From the NCBI GenBank assembly GCA_000004985.1, contig GG738976.1: DNA of 36,632 nt; one strand, written 5' to 3'. Shown here piece by piece: positions 8,301-20,300 of the stretch (its first letter is position 1; every line of letters begins with the position of its first letter). The translations under genes and the position numbers were made by a program. The notes beneath the pieces were generated by a model, which saw only the letters and a list, made by a program, of their open reading frames with translations, was not told the DNA's origin and did no database searches. The stretch is from Naegleria gruberi. Its lineage: Eukaryota.

Positions 8301-11300
8301 NNNNNNNNNNNNNNNNNNNNNNNNNNNNNNNNNNNNNNNNNNNNNNNNNNNNNNNNNNNNNNNNNNNNNNNNNNNNNNNNNNNNNNNNNNNNNNNNNNNN
8401 NNNNNNNNNNNNNNNNNNNNNNNNNNNNNNNNNNNNNNNNNNNNNNNNNNNNNNNNNNNNNNNNNNNNNNNNNNNNNNNNNNNNNNNNNNNNNNNNNNNN
8501 NNNNNNNNNNNNNNNNNNNNNNNNNNNNNNNNNNNNNNNNNNNNNNNNNNNNNNNNNNNNNNNNNNNNNNNNNNNNNNNNNNNNNNNNNNNNNNNNNNNN
8601 NNNNNNNNNNNNNNNNNNNNNNNNNNNNNNNNNNNNNNNNNNNNNNNNNNNNNNNNNNNNNNNNNNNNNNNNNNNNNNNNNNNNNNNNNNNNNNNNNNNN
8701 NNNNNNNNNNNNNNNNNNNNNNNNNNNNNNNNNNNNNNNNNNNNNNNNNNNNNNNNNNNNNNNNNNNNNNNNNNNNNNNNNNNNNNNNNNNNNNNNNNNN
8801 NNNNNNNNNNNNNNNNNNNNNNNNNNNNNNNNNNNNNNNNNNNNNNNNNNNNNNNNNNNNNNNNNNNNNNNNNNNNNNNNNNNNNNNNNNNNNNNNNNNN
8901 NNNNNNNNNNNNNNNNNNNNNNNNNNNNNNNNNNNNNNNNNNNNNNNNNNNNNNNNNNNNNNNNNNNNNNNNNNNNNNNNNNNNNNNNNNNNNNNNNNNN
9001 NNNNNNNNNNNNNNNNNNNNNNNNNNNNNNNNNNNNNNNNNNNNNNNNNNNNNNNNNNNNNNNNNNNNNNNNNNNNNNNNNNNNNNNNNNNNNNNNNNNN
9101 NNNNNNNNNNNNNNNNNNNNNNNNNNNNNNNNNNNNNNNNNNNNNNNNNNNNNNNNNNNNNNNNNNNNNNNNNNNNNNNNNNNNNNNNNNNNNNNNNNNN
9201 NNNNNNNNNNNNNNNNNNNNNNNNNNNNNNNNNNNNNNNNNNNNNNNNNNNNNNNNNNNNNNNNNNNNNNNNNNNNNNNNNNNNNNNNNNNNNNNNNNNN
9301 NNNNNNNNNNNNNNNNNNNNNNNNNNNNNNNNNNNNNNNNNNNNNNNNNNNNNNNNNNNNNNNNNNNNNNNNNNNNNNNNNNNNNNNNNNNNNNNNNNNN
9401 NNNNNNNNNNNNNNNNNNNNNNNNNNNNNNNNNNNNNNNNNNNNNNNNNNNNNNNNNNNNNNNNNNNNNNNNNNNNNNNNNNNNNNNNNNNNNNNNNNNN
9501 NNNNNNNNNNNNNNNNNNNNNNNNNNNNNNNNNNNNNNNNNNNNNNNNNNNNNNNNNNNNNNNNNNNNNNNNNNNNNNNNNNNNNNNNNNNNNNNNNNNN
9601 NNNNNNNNNNNNNNNNNNNNNNNNNNNNNNNNNNNNNNNNNNNNNNNNNNNNNNNNNNNNNNNNNNNNNNNNNNNNNNNNNNNNNNNNNNNNNNNNNNNN
9701 NNNNNNNNNNNNNNNNNNNNNNNNNNNNNNNNNNNNNNNNNNNNNNNNNNNNNNNNNNNNNNNNNNNNNNNNNNNNNNNNNNNNNNNNNNNNNNNNNNNN
9801 NNNNNNNNNNNNNNNNNNNNNNNNNNNNNNNNNNNNNNNNNNNNNNNNNNNNNNNNNNNNNNNNNNNNNNNNNNNNNNNNNNNNNNNNNNNNNNNNNNNN
9901 NNNNNNNNNNNNNNNNNNNNNNNNNNNNNNNNNNNNNNNNNNNNNNNNNNNNNNNNNNNNNNNNNNNNNNNNNNNNNNNNNNNNNNNNNNNNNNNNNNNN
10001 NNNNNNNNNNNNNNNNNNNNNNNNNNNNNNNNNNNNNNNNNNNNNNNNNNNNNNNNNNNNNNNNNNNNNNNNNNNNNNNNNNNNNNNNNNNNNNNNNNNN
10101 NNNNNNNNNNNNNNNNNNNNNNNNNNNNNNNNNNNNNNNNNNNNNNNNNNNNNNNNNNNNNNNNNNNNNNNNNNNNNNNNNNNNNNNNNNNNNNNNNNNN
10201 NNNNNNNNNNNNNNNNNNNNNNNNNNNNNNNNNNNNNNNNNNNNNNNNNNNNNNNNNNNNNNNNNNNNNNNNNNNNNNNNNNNNNNNNNNNNNNNNNNNN
10301 NNNNNNNNNNNNNNNNNNNNNNNNNNNNNNNNNNNNNNNNNNNNNNNNNNNNNNNNNNNNNNNNNNNNNNNNNNNNNNNNNNNNNNNNNNNNNNNNNNNN
10401 NNNNNNNNNNNNNNNNNNNNNNNNNNNNNNNNNNNNNNNNNNNNNNNNNNNNNNNNNNNNNNNNNNNNNNNNNNNNNNNNNNNNNNNNNNNNNNNNNNNN
10501 NNNNNNNNNNNNNNNNNNNNNNNNNNNNNNNNNNNNNNNNNNNNNNNNNNNNNNNNNNNNNNNNNNNNNNNNNNNNNNNNNNNNNNNNNNNNNNNNNNNN
10601 NNNNNNNNNNNNNNNNNNNNNNNNNNNNNNNNNNNNNNNNNNNNNNNNNNNNNNNNNNNNNNNNNNNNNNNNNNNNNNNNNNNNNNNNNNNNNNNNNNNN
10701 NNNNNNNNNNNNNNNNNNNNNNNNNNNNNNNNNNNNNNNNNNNNNNNNNNNNNNNNNNNNNNNNNNNNNNNNNNNNNNNNNNNNNNNNNNNNNNNNNNNN
10801 NNNNNNNNNNNNNNNNNNNNNNNNNNNNNNNNNNNNNNNNNNNNNNNNNNNNNNNNNNNNNNNNNNNNNNNNNNNNNNNNNNNNNNNNNNNNNNNNNNNN
10901 NNNNNNNNNNNNNNNNNNNNNNNNNNNNNNNNNNNNNNNNNNNNNNNNNNNNNNNNNNNNNNNNNNNNNNNNNNNNNNNNNNNNNNNNNNNNNNNNNNNN
11001 NNNNNNNNNNNNNNNNNNNNNNNNNNNNNNNNNNNNNNNNNNNNNNNNNNNNNNNNNNNNNNNNNNNNNNNNNNNNNNNNNNNNNNNNNNNNNNNNNNNN
11101 NNNNNNNNNNNNNNNNNNNNNNNNNNNNNNNNNNNNNNNNNNNNNNNNNNNNNNNNNNNNNNNNNNNNNNNNNNNNNNNNNNNNNNNNNNNNNNNNNNNN
11201 NNNNNNNNNNNNNNNNNNNNNNNNNNNNNNNNNNNNNNNNNNNNNNNNNNNNNNNNNNNNNNNNNNNNNNNNNNNNNNNNNNNNNNNNNNNNNNNNNNNN

Positions 11301-14300
11301 NNNNNNNNNNNNNNNNNNNNNNNNNNNNNNNNNNNNNNNNNNNNNNNNNNNNNNNNNNNNNNNNNNNNNNNNNNNNNNNNNNNNNNNNNNNNNNNNNNNN
11401 NNNNNNNNNNNNNNNNNNNNNNNNNNNNNNNNNNNNNNNNNNNNNNNNNNNNNNNNNNNNNNNNNNNNNNNNNNNNNNNNNNNNNNNNNNNNNNNNNNNN
11501 NNNNNNNNNNNNNNNNNNNNNNNNNNNNNNNNNNNNNNNNNNNNNNNNNNNNNNNNNNNNNNNNNNNNNNNNNNNNNNNNNNNNNNNNNNNNNNNNNNNN
11601 NNNNNNNNNNNNNNNNNNNNNNNNNNNNNNNNNNNNNNNNNNNNNNNNNNNNNNNNNNNNNNNNNNNNNNNNNNNNNNNNNNNNNNNNNNNNNNNNNNNN
11701 NNNNNNNNNNNNNNNNNNNNNNNNNNNNNNNNNNNNNNNNNNNNNNNNNNNNNNNNNNNNNNNNNNNNNNNNNNNNNNNNNNNNNNNNNNNNNNNNNNNN
11801 NNNNNNNNNNNNNNNNNNNNNNNNNNNNNNNNNNNNNNNNNNNNNNNNNNNNNNNNNNNNNNNNNNNNNNNNNNNNNNNNNNNNNNNNNNNNNNNNNNNN
11901 NNNNNNNNNNNNNNNNNNNNNNNNNNNNNNNNNNNNNNNNNNNNNNNNNNNNNNNNNNNNNNNNNNNNNNNNNNNNNNNNNNNNNNNNNNNNNNNNNNNN
12001 NNNNNNNNNNNNNNNNNNNNNNNNNNNNNNNNNNNNNNNNNNNNNNNNNNNNNNNNNNNNNNNNNNNNNNNNNNNNNNNNNNNNNNNNNNNNNNNNNNNN
12101 NNNNNNNNNNNNNNNNNNNNNNNNNNNNNNNNNNNNNNNNNNNNNNNNNNNNNNNNNNNNNNNNNNNNNNNNNNNNNNNNNNNNNNNNNNNNNNNNNNNN
12201 NNNNNNNNNNNNNNNNNNNNNNNNNNNNNNNNNNNNNNNNNNNNNNNNNNNNNNNNNNNNNNNNNNNNNNNNNNNNNNNNNNNNNNNNNNNNNNNNNNNN
12301 NNNNNNNNNNNNNNNNNNNNNNNNNNNNNNNNNNNNNNNNNNNNNNNNNNNNNNNNNNNNNNNNNNNNNNNNNNNNNNNNNNNNNNNNNNNNNNNNNNNN
12401 NNNNNNNNNNNNNNNNNNNNNNNNNNNNNNNNNNNNNNNNNNNNNNNNNNNNNNNNNNNNNNNNNNNNNNNNNNNNNNNNNNNNNNNNNNNNNNNNNNNN
12501 NNNNNNNNNNNNNNNNNNNNNNNNNNNNNNNNNNNNNNNNNNNNNNNNNNNNNNNNNNNNNNNNNNNNNNNNNNNNNNNNNNNNNNNNNNNNNNNNNNNN
12601 NNNNNNNNNNNNNNNNNNNNNNNNNNNNNNNNNNNNNNNNNNNNNNNNNNNNNNNNNNNNNNNNNNNNNNNNNNNNNNNNNNNNNNNNNNNNNNNNNNNN
12701 NNNNNNNNNNNNNNNNNNNNNNNNNNNNNNNNNNNNNNNNNNNNNNNNNNNNNNNNNNNNNNNNNNNNNNNNNNNNNNNNNNNNNNNNNNNNNNNNNNNN
12801 NNNNNNNNNNNNNNNNNNNNNNNNNNNNNNNNNNNNNNNNNNNNNNNNNNNNNNNNNNNNNNNNNNNNNNNNNNNNNNNNNNNNNNNNNNNNNNNNNNNN
12901 NNNNNNNNNNNNNNNNNNNNNNNNNNNNNNNNNNNNNNNNNNNNNNNNNNNNNNNNNNNNNNNNNNNNNNNNNNNNNNNNNNNNNNNNNNNNNNNNNNNN
13001 NNNNNNNNNNNNNNNNNNNNNNNNNNNNNNNNNNNNNNNNNNNNNNNNNNNNNNNNNNNNNNNNNNNNNNNNNNNNNNNNNNNNNNNNNNNNNNNNNNNN
13101 NNNNNNNNNNNNNNNNNNNNNNNNNNNNNNNNNNNNNNNNNNNNNNNNNNNNNNNNNNNNNNNNNNNNNNNNNNNNNNNNNNNNNNNNNNNNNNNNNNNN
13201 NNNNNNNNNNNNNNNNNNNNNNNNNNNNNNNNNNNNNNNNNNNNNNNNNNNNNNNNNNNNNNNNNNNNNNNNNNNNNNNNNNNNNNNNNNNNNNNNNNNN
13301 NNNNNNNNNNNNNNNNNNNNNNNNNNNNNNNNNNNNNNNNNNNNNNNNNNNNNNNNNNNNNNNNNNNNNNNNNNNNNNNNNNNNNNNNNNNNNNNNNNNN
13401 NNNNNNNNNNNNNNNNNNNNNNNNNNNNNNNNNNNNNNNNNNNNNNNNNNNNNNNNNNNNNNNNNNNNNNNNNNNNNNNNNNNNNNNNNNNNNNNNNNNN
13501 NNNNNNNNNNNNNNNNNNNNNNNNNNNNNNNNNNNNNNNNNNNNNNNNNNNNNNNNNNNNNNNNNNNNNNNNNNNNNNNNNNNNNNNNNNNNNNNNNNNN
13601 NNNNNNNNNNNNNNNNNNNNNNNNNNNNNNNNNNNNNNNNNNNNNNNNNNNNNNNNNNNNNNNNNNNNNNNNNNNNNNNNNNNNNNNNNNNNNNNNNNNN
13701 NNNNNNNNNNNNNNNNNNNNNNNNNNNNNNNNNNNNNNNNNNNNNNNNNNNNNNNNNNNNNNNNNNNNNNNNNNNNNNNNNNNNNNNNNNNNNNNNNNNN
13801 NNNNNNNNNNNNNNNNNNNNNNNNNNNNNNNNNNNNNNNNNNNNNNNNNNNNNNNNNNNNNNNNNNNNNNNNNNNNNNNNNNNNNNNNNNNNNNNNNNNN
13901 NNNNNNNNNNNNNNNNNNNNNNNNNNNNNNNNNNNNNNNNNNNNNNNNNNNNNNNNNNNNNNNNNNNNNNNNNNNNNNNNNNNNNNNNNNNNNNNNNNNN
14001 NNNNNNNNNNNNNNNNNNNNNNNNNNNNNNNNNNNNNNNNNNNNNNNNNNNNNNNNNNNNNNNNNNNNNNNNNNNNNNNNNNNNNNNNNNNNNNNNNNNN
14101 NNNNNNNNNNNNNNNNNNNNNNNNNNNNNNNNNNNNNNNNNNNNNNNNNNNNNNNNNNNNNNNNNNNNNNNNNNNNNNNNNNNNNNNNNNNNNNNNNNNN
14201 NNNNNNNNNNNNNNNNNNNNNNNNNNNNNNNNNNNNNNNNNNNNNNNNNNNNNNNNNNNNNNNNNNNNNNNNNNNNNNNNNNNNNNNNNNNNNNNNNNNN

Positions 14301-17300
14301 NNNNNNNNNNNNNNNNNNNNNNNNNNNNNNNNNNNNNNNNNNNNNNNNNNNNNNNNNNNNNNNNNNNNNNNNNNNNNNNNNNNNNNNNNNNNNNNNNNNN
14401 NNNNNNNNNNNNNNNNNNNNNNNNNNNNNNNNNNNNNNNNNNNNNNNNNNNNNNNNNNNNNNNNNNNNNNNNNNNNNNNNNNNNNNNNNNNNNNNNNNNN
14501 NNNNNNNNNNNNNNNNNNNNNNNNNNNNNNNNNNNNNNNNNNNNNNNNNNNNNNNNNNNNNNNNNNNNNNNNNNNNNNNNNNNNNNNNNNNNNNNNNNNN
14601 NNNNNNNNNNNNNNNNNNNNNNNNNNNNNNNNNNNNNNNNNNNNNNNNNNNNNNNNNNNNNNNNNNNNNNNNNNNNNNNNNNNNNNNNNNNNNNNNNNNN
14701 NNNNNNNNNNNNNNNNNNNNNNNNNNNNNNNNNNNNNNNNNNNNNNNNNNNNNNNNNNNNNNNNNNNNNNNNNNNNNNNNNNNNNNNNNNNNNNNNNNNN
14801 NNNNNNNNNNNNNNNNNNNNNNNNNNNNNNNNNNNNNNNNNNNNNNNNNNNNNNNNNNNNNNNNNNNNNNNNNNNNNNNNNNNNNNNNNNNNNNNNNNNN
14901 NNNNNNNNNNNNNNNNNNNNNNNNNNNNNNNNNNNNNNNNNNNNNNNNNNNNNNNNNNNNNNNNNNNNNNNNNNNNNNNNNNNNNNNNNNNNNNNNNNNN
15001 NNNNNNNNNNNNNNNNNNNNNNNNNNNNNNNNNNNNNNNNNNNNNNNNNNNNNNNNNNNNNNNNNNNNNNNNNNNNNNNNNNNNNNNNNNNNNNNNNNNN
15101 NNNNNNNNNNNNNNNNNNNNNNNNNNNNNNNNNNNNNNNNNNNNNNNNNNNNNNNNNNNNNNNNNNNNNNNNNNNNNNNNNNNNNNNNNNNNNNNNNNNN
15201 NNNNNNNNNNNNNNNNNNNNNNNNNNNNNNNNNNNNNNNNNNNNNNNNNNNNNNNNNNNNNNNNNNNNNNNNNNNNNNNNNNNNNNNNNNNNNNNNNNNN
15301 NNNNNNNNNNNNNNNNNNNNNNNNNNNNNNNNNNNNNNNNNNNNNNNNNNNNNNNNNNNNNNNNNNNNNNNNNNNNNNNNNNNNNNNNNNNNNNNNNNNN
15401 NNNNNNNNNNNNNNNNNNNNNNNNNNNNNNNNNNNNNNNNNNNNNNNNNNNNNNNNNNNNNNNNNNNNNNNNNNNNNNNNNNNNNNNNNNNNNNNNNNNN
15501 NNNNNNNNNNNNNNNNNNNNNNNNNNNNNNNNNNNNNNNNNNNNNNNNNNNNNNNNNNNNNNNNNNNNNNNNNNNNNNNNNNNNNNNNNNNNNNNNNNNN
15601 NNNNNNNNNNNNNNNNNNNNNNNNNNNNNNNNNNNNNNNNNNNNNNNNNNNNNNNNNNNNNNNNNNNNNNNNNNNNNNNNNNNNNNNNNNNNNNNNNNNN
15701 NNNNNNNNNNNNNNNNNNNNNNNNNNNNNNNNNNNNNNNNNNNNNNNNNNNNNNNNNNNNNNNNNNNNNNNNNNNNNNNNNNNNNNNNNNNNNNNNNNNN
15801 NNNNNNNNNNNNNNNNNNNNNNNNNNNNNNNNNNNNNNNNNNNNNNNNNNNNNNNNNNNNNNNNNNNNNNNNNNNNNNNNNNNNNNNNNNNNNNNNNNNN
15901 NNNNNNNNNNNNNNNNNNNNNNNNNNNNNNNNNNNNNNNNNNNNNNNNNNNNNNNNNNNNNNNNNNNNNNNNNNNNNNNNNNNNNNNNNNNNNNNNNNNN
16001 NNNNNNNNNNNNNNNNNNNNNNNNNNNNNNNNNNNNNNNNNNNNNNNNNNNNNNNNNNNNNNNNNNNNNNNNNNNNNNNNNNNNNNNNNNNNNNNNNNNN
16101 NNNNNNNNNNNNNNNNNNNNNNNNNNNNNNNNNNNNNNNNNNNNNNNNNNNNNNNNNNNNNNNNNNNNNNNNNNNNNNNNNNNNNNNNNNNNNNNNNNNN
16201 NNNNNNNNNNNNNNNNNNNNNNNNNNNNNNNNNNNNNNNNNNNNNNNNNNNNNNNNNNNNNNNNNNNNNNNNNNNNNNNNNNNNNNNNNNNNNNNNNNNN
16301 NNNNNNNNNNNNNNNNNNNNNNNNNNNNNNNNNNNNNNNNNNNNNNNNNNNNNNNNNNNNNNNNNNNNNNNNNNNNNNNNNNNNNNNNNNNNNNNNNNNN
16401 NNNNNNNNNNNNNNNNNNNNNNNNNNNNNNNNNNNNNNNNNNNNNNNNNNNNNNNNNNNNNNNNNNNNNNNNNNNNNNNNNNNNNNNNNNNNNNNNNNNN
16501 NNNNNNNNNNNNNNNNNNNNNNNNNNNNNNNNNNNNNNNNNNNNNNNNNNNNNNNNNNNNNNNNNNNNNNNNNNNNNNNNNNNNNNNNNNNNNNNNNNNN
16601 NNNNNNNNNNNNNNNNNNNNNNNNNNNNNNNNNNNNNNNNNNNNNNNNNNNNNNNNNNNNNNNNNNNNNNNNNNNNNNNNNNNNNNNNNNNNNNNNNNNN
16701 NNNNNNNNNNNNNNNNNNNNNNNNNNNNNNNNNNNNNNNNNNNNNNNNNNNNNNNNNNNNNNNNNNNNNNNNNNNNNNNNNNNNNNNNNNNNNNNNNNNN
16801 NNNNNNNNNNNNNNNNNNNNNNNNNNNNNNNNNNNNNNNNNNNNNNNNNNNNNNNNNNNNNNNNNNNNNNNNNNNNNNNNNNNNNNNNNNNNNNNNNNNN
16901 NNNNNNNNNNNNNNNNNNNNNNNNNNNNNNNNNNNNNNNNNNNNNNNNNNNNNNNNNNNNNNNNNNNNNNNNNNNNNNNNNNNNNNNNNNNNNNNNNNNN
17001 NNNNNNNNNNNNNNNNNNNNNNNNNNNNNNNNNNNNNNNNNNNNNNNNNNNNNNNNNNNNNNNNNNNNNNNNNNNNNNNNNNNNNNNNNNNNNNNNNNNN
17101 NNNNNNNNNNNNNNNNNNNNNNNNNNNNNNNNNNNNNNNNNNNNNNNNNNNNNNNNNNNNNNNNNNNNNNNNNNNNNNNNNNNNNNNNNNNNNNNNNNNN
17201 NNNNNNNNNNNNNNNNNNNNNNNNNNNNNNNNNNNNNNNNNNNNNNNNNNNNNNNNNNNNNNNNNNNNNNNNNNNNNNNNNNNNNNNNNNNNNNNNNNNN

Positions 17301-20300
17301 NNNNNNNNNNNNNNNNNNNNNNNNNNNNNNNNNNNNNNNNNNNNNNNNNNNNNNNNNNNNNNNNNNNNNNNNNNNNNNNNNNNNNNNNNNNNNNNNNNNN
17401 NNNNNNNNNNNNNNNNNNNNNNNNNNNNNNNNNNNNNNNNNNNNNNNNNNNNNNNNNNNNNNNNNNNNNNNNNNNNNNNNNNNNNNNNNNNNNNNNNNNN
17501 NNNNNNNNNNNNNNNNNNNNNNNNNNNNNNNNNNNNNNNNNNNNNNNNNNNNNNNNNNNNNNNNNNNNNNNNNNNNNNNNNNNNNNNNNNNNNNNNNNNN
17601 NNNNNNNNNNNNNNNNNNNNNNNNNNNNNNNNNNNNNNNNNNNNNNNNNNNNNNNNNNNNNNNNNNNNNNNNNNNNNNNNNNNNNNNNNNNNNNNNNNNN
17701 NNNNNNNNNNNNNNNNNNNNNNNNNNNNNNNNNNNNNNNNNNNNNNNNNNNNNNNNNNNNNNNNNNNNNNNNNNNNNNNNNNNNNNNNNNNNNNNNNNNN
17801 NNNNNNNNNNNNNNNNNNNNNNNNNNNNNNNNNNNNNNNNNNNNNNNNNNNNNNNNNNNNNNNNNNNNNNNNNNNNNNNNNNNNNNNNNNNNNNNNNNNN
17901 NNNNNNNNNNNNNNNNNNNNNNNNNNNNNNNNNNNNNNNNNNNNNNNNNNNNNNNNNNNNNNNNNNNNNNNNNNNNNNNNNNNNNNNNNNNNNNNNNNNN
18001 NNNNNNNNNNNNNNNNNNNNNNNNNNNNNNNNNNNNNNNNNNNNNNNNNNNNNNNNNNNNNNNNNNNNNNNNNNNNNNNNNNNNNNNNNNNNNNNNNNNN
18101 NNNNNNNNNNNNNNNNNNNNNNNNNNNNNNNNNNNNNNNNNNNNNNNNNNNNNNNNNNNNNNNNNNNNNNNNNNNNNNNNNNNNNNNNNNNNNNNNNNNN
18201 NNNNNNNNNNNNNNNNNNNNNNNNNNNNNNNNNNNNNNNNNNNNNNNNNNNNNNNNNNNNNNNNNNNNNNNNNNNNNNNNNNNNNNNNNNNNNNNNNNNN
18301 NNNNNNNNNNNNNNNNNNNNNNNNNNNNNNNNNNNNNNNNNNNNNNNNNNNNNNNNNNNNNNNNNNNNNNNNNNNNNNNNNNNNNNNNNNNNNNNNNNNN
18401 NNNNNNNNNNNNNNNNNNNNNNNNNNNNNNNNNNNNNNNNNNNNNNNNNNNNNNNNNNNNNNNNNNNNNNNNNNNNNNNNNNNNNNNNNNNNNNNNNNNN
18501 NNNNNNNNNNNNNNNNNNNNNNNNNNNNNNNNNNNNNNNNNNNNNNNNNNNNNNNNNNNNNNNNNNNNNNNNNNNNNNNNNNNNNNNNNNNNNNNNNNNN
18601 NNNNNNNNNNNNNNNNNNNNNNNNNNNNNNNNNNNNNNNNNNNNNNNNNNNNNNNNNNNNNNNNNNNNNNNNNNNNNNNNNNNNNNNNNNNNNNNNNNNN
18701 NNNNNNNNNNNNNNNNNNNNNNNNNNNNNNNNNNNNNNNNNNNNNNNNNNNNNNNNNNNNNNNNNNNNNNNNNNNNNNNNNNNNNNNNNNNNNNNNNNNN
18801 NNNNNNNNNNNNNNNNNNNNNNNNNNNNNNNNNNNNNNNNNNNNNNNNNNNNNNNNNNNNNNNNNNNNNNNNNNNNNNNNNNNNNNNNNNNNNNNNNNNN
18901 NNNNNNNNNNNNNNNNNNNNNNNNNNNNNNNNNNNNNNNNNNNNNNNNNNNNNNNNNNNNNNNNNNNNNNNNNNNNNNNNNNNNNNNNNNNNNNNNNNNN
19001 NNNNNNNNNNNNNNNNNNNNNNNNNNNNNNNNNNNNNNNNNNNNNNNNNNNNNNNNNNNNNNNNNNNNNNNNNNNNNNNNNNNNNNNNNNNNNNNNNNNN
19101 NNNNNNNNNNNNNNNNNNNNNNNNNNNNNNNNNNNNNNNNNNNNNNNNNNNNNNNNNNNNNNNNNNNNNNNNNNNNNNNNNNNNNNNNNNNNNNNNNNNN
19201 NNNNNNNNNNNNNNNNNNNNNNNNNNNNNNNNNNNNNNNNNNNNNNNNNNNNNNNNNNNNNNNNNNNNNNNNNNNNNNNNNNNNNNNNNNNNNNNNNNNN
19301 NNNNNNNNNNNNNNNNNNNNNNNNNNNNNNNNNNNNNNNNNNNNNNNNNNNNNNNNNNNNNNNNNNNNNNNNNNNNNNNNNNNNNNNNNNNNNNNNNNNN
19401 NNNNNNNNNNNNNNNNNNNNNNNNNNNNNNNNNNNNNNNNNNNNNNNNNNNNNNNNNNNNNNNNNNNNNNNNNNNNNNNNNNNNNNNNNNNNNNNNNNNN
19501 NNNNNNNNNNNNNNNNNNNNNNNNNNNNNNNNNNNNNNNNNNNNNNNNNNNNNNNNNNNNNNNNNNNNNNNNNNNNNNNNNNNNNNNNNNNNNNNNNNNN
19601 NNNNNNNNNNNNNNNNNNNNNNNNNNNNNNNNNNNNNNNNNNNNNNNNNNNNNNNNNNNNNNNNNNNNNNNNNNNNNNNNNNNNNNNNNNNNNNNNNNNN
19701 NNNNNNNNNNNNNNNNNNNNNNNNNNNNNNNNNNNNNNNNNNNNNNNNNNNNNNNNNNNNNNNNNNNNNNNNNNNNNNNNNNNNNNNNNNNNNNNNNNNN
19801 NNNNNNNNNNNNNNNNNNNNNNNNNNNNNNNNNNNNNNNNNNNNNNNNNNNNNNNNNNNNNNNNNNNNNNNNNNNNNNNNNNNNNNNNNNNNNNNNNNNN
19901 NNNNNNNNNNNNNNNNNNNNNNNNNNNNNNNNNNNNNNNNNNNNNNNNNNNNNNNNNNNNNNNNNNNNNNNNNNNNNNNNNNNNNNNNNNNNNNNNNNNN
20001 NNNNNNNNNNNNNNNNNNNNNNNNNNNNNNNNNNNNNNNNNNNNNNNNNNNNNNNNNNNNNNNNNNNNNNNNNNNNNNNNNNNNNNNNNNNNNNNNNNNN
20101 NNNNNNNNNNNNNNNNNNNNNNNNNNNNNNNNNNNNNNNNNNNNNNNNNNNNNNNNNNNNNNNNNNNNNNNNNNNNNNNNNNNNNNNNNNNNNNNNNNNN
20201 NNNNNNNNNNNNNNNNNNNNNNNNNNNNNNNNNNNNNNNNNNNNNNNNNNNNNNNNNNNNNNNNNNNNNNNNNNNNNNNNNNNNNNNNNNNNNNNNNNNN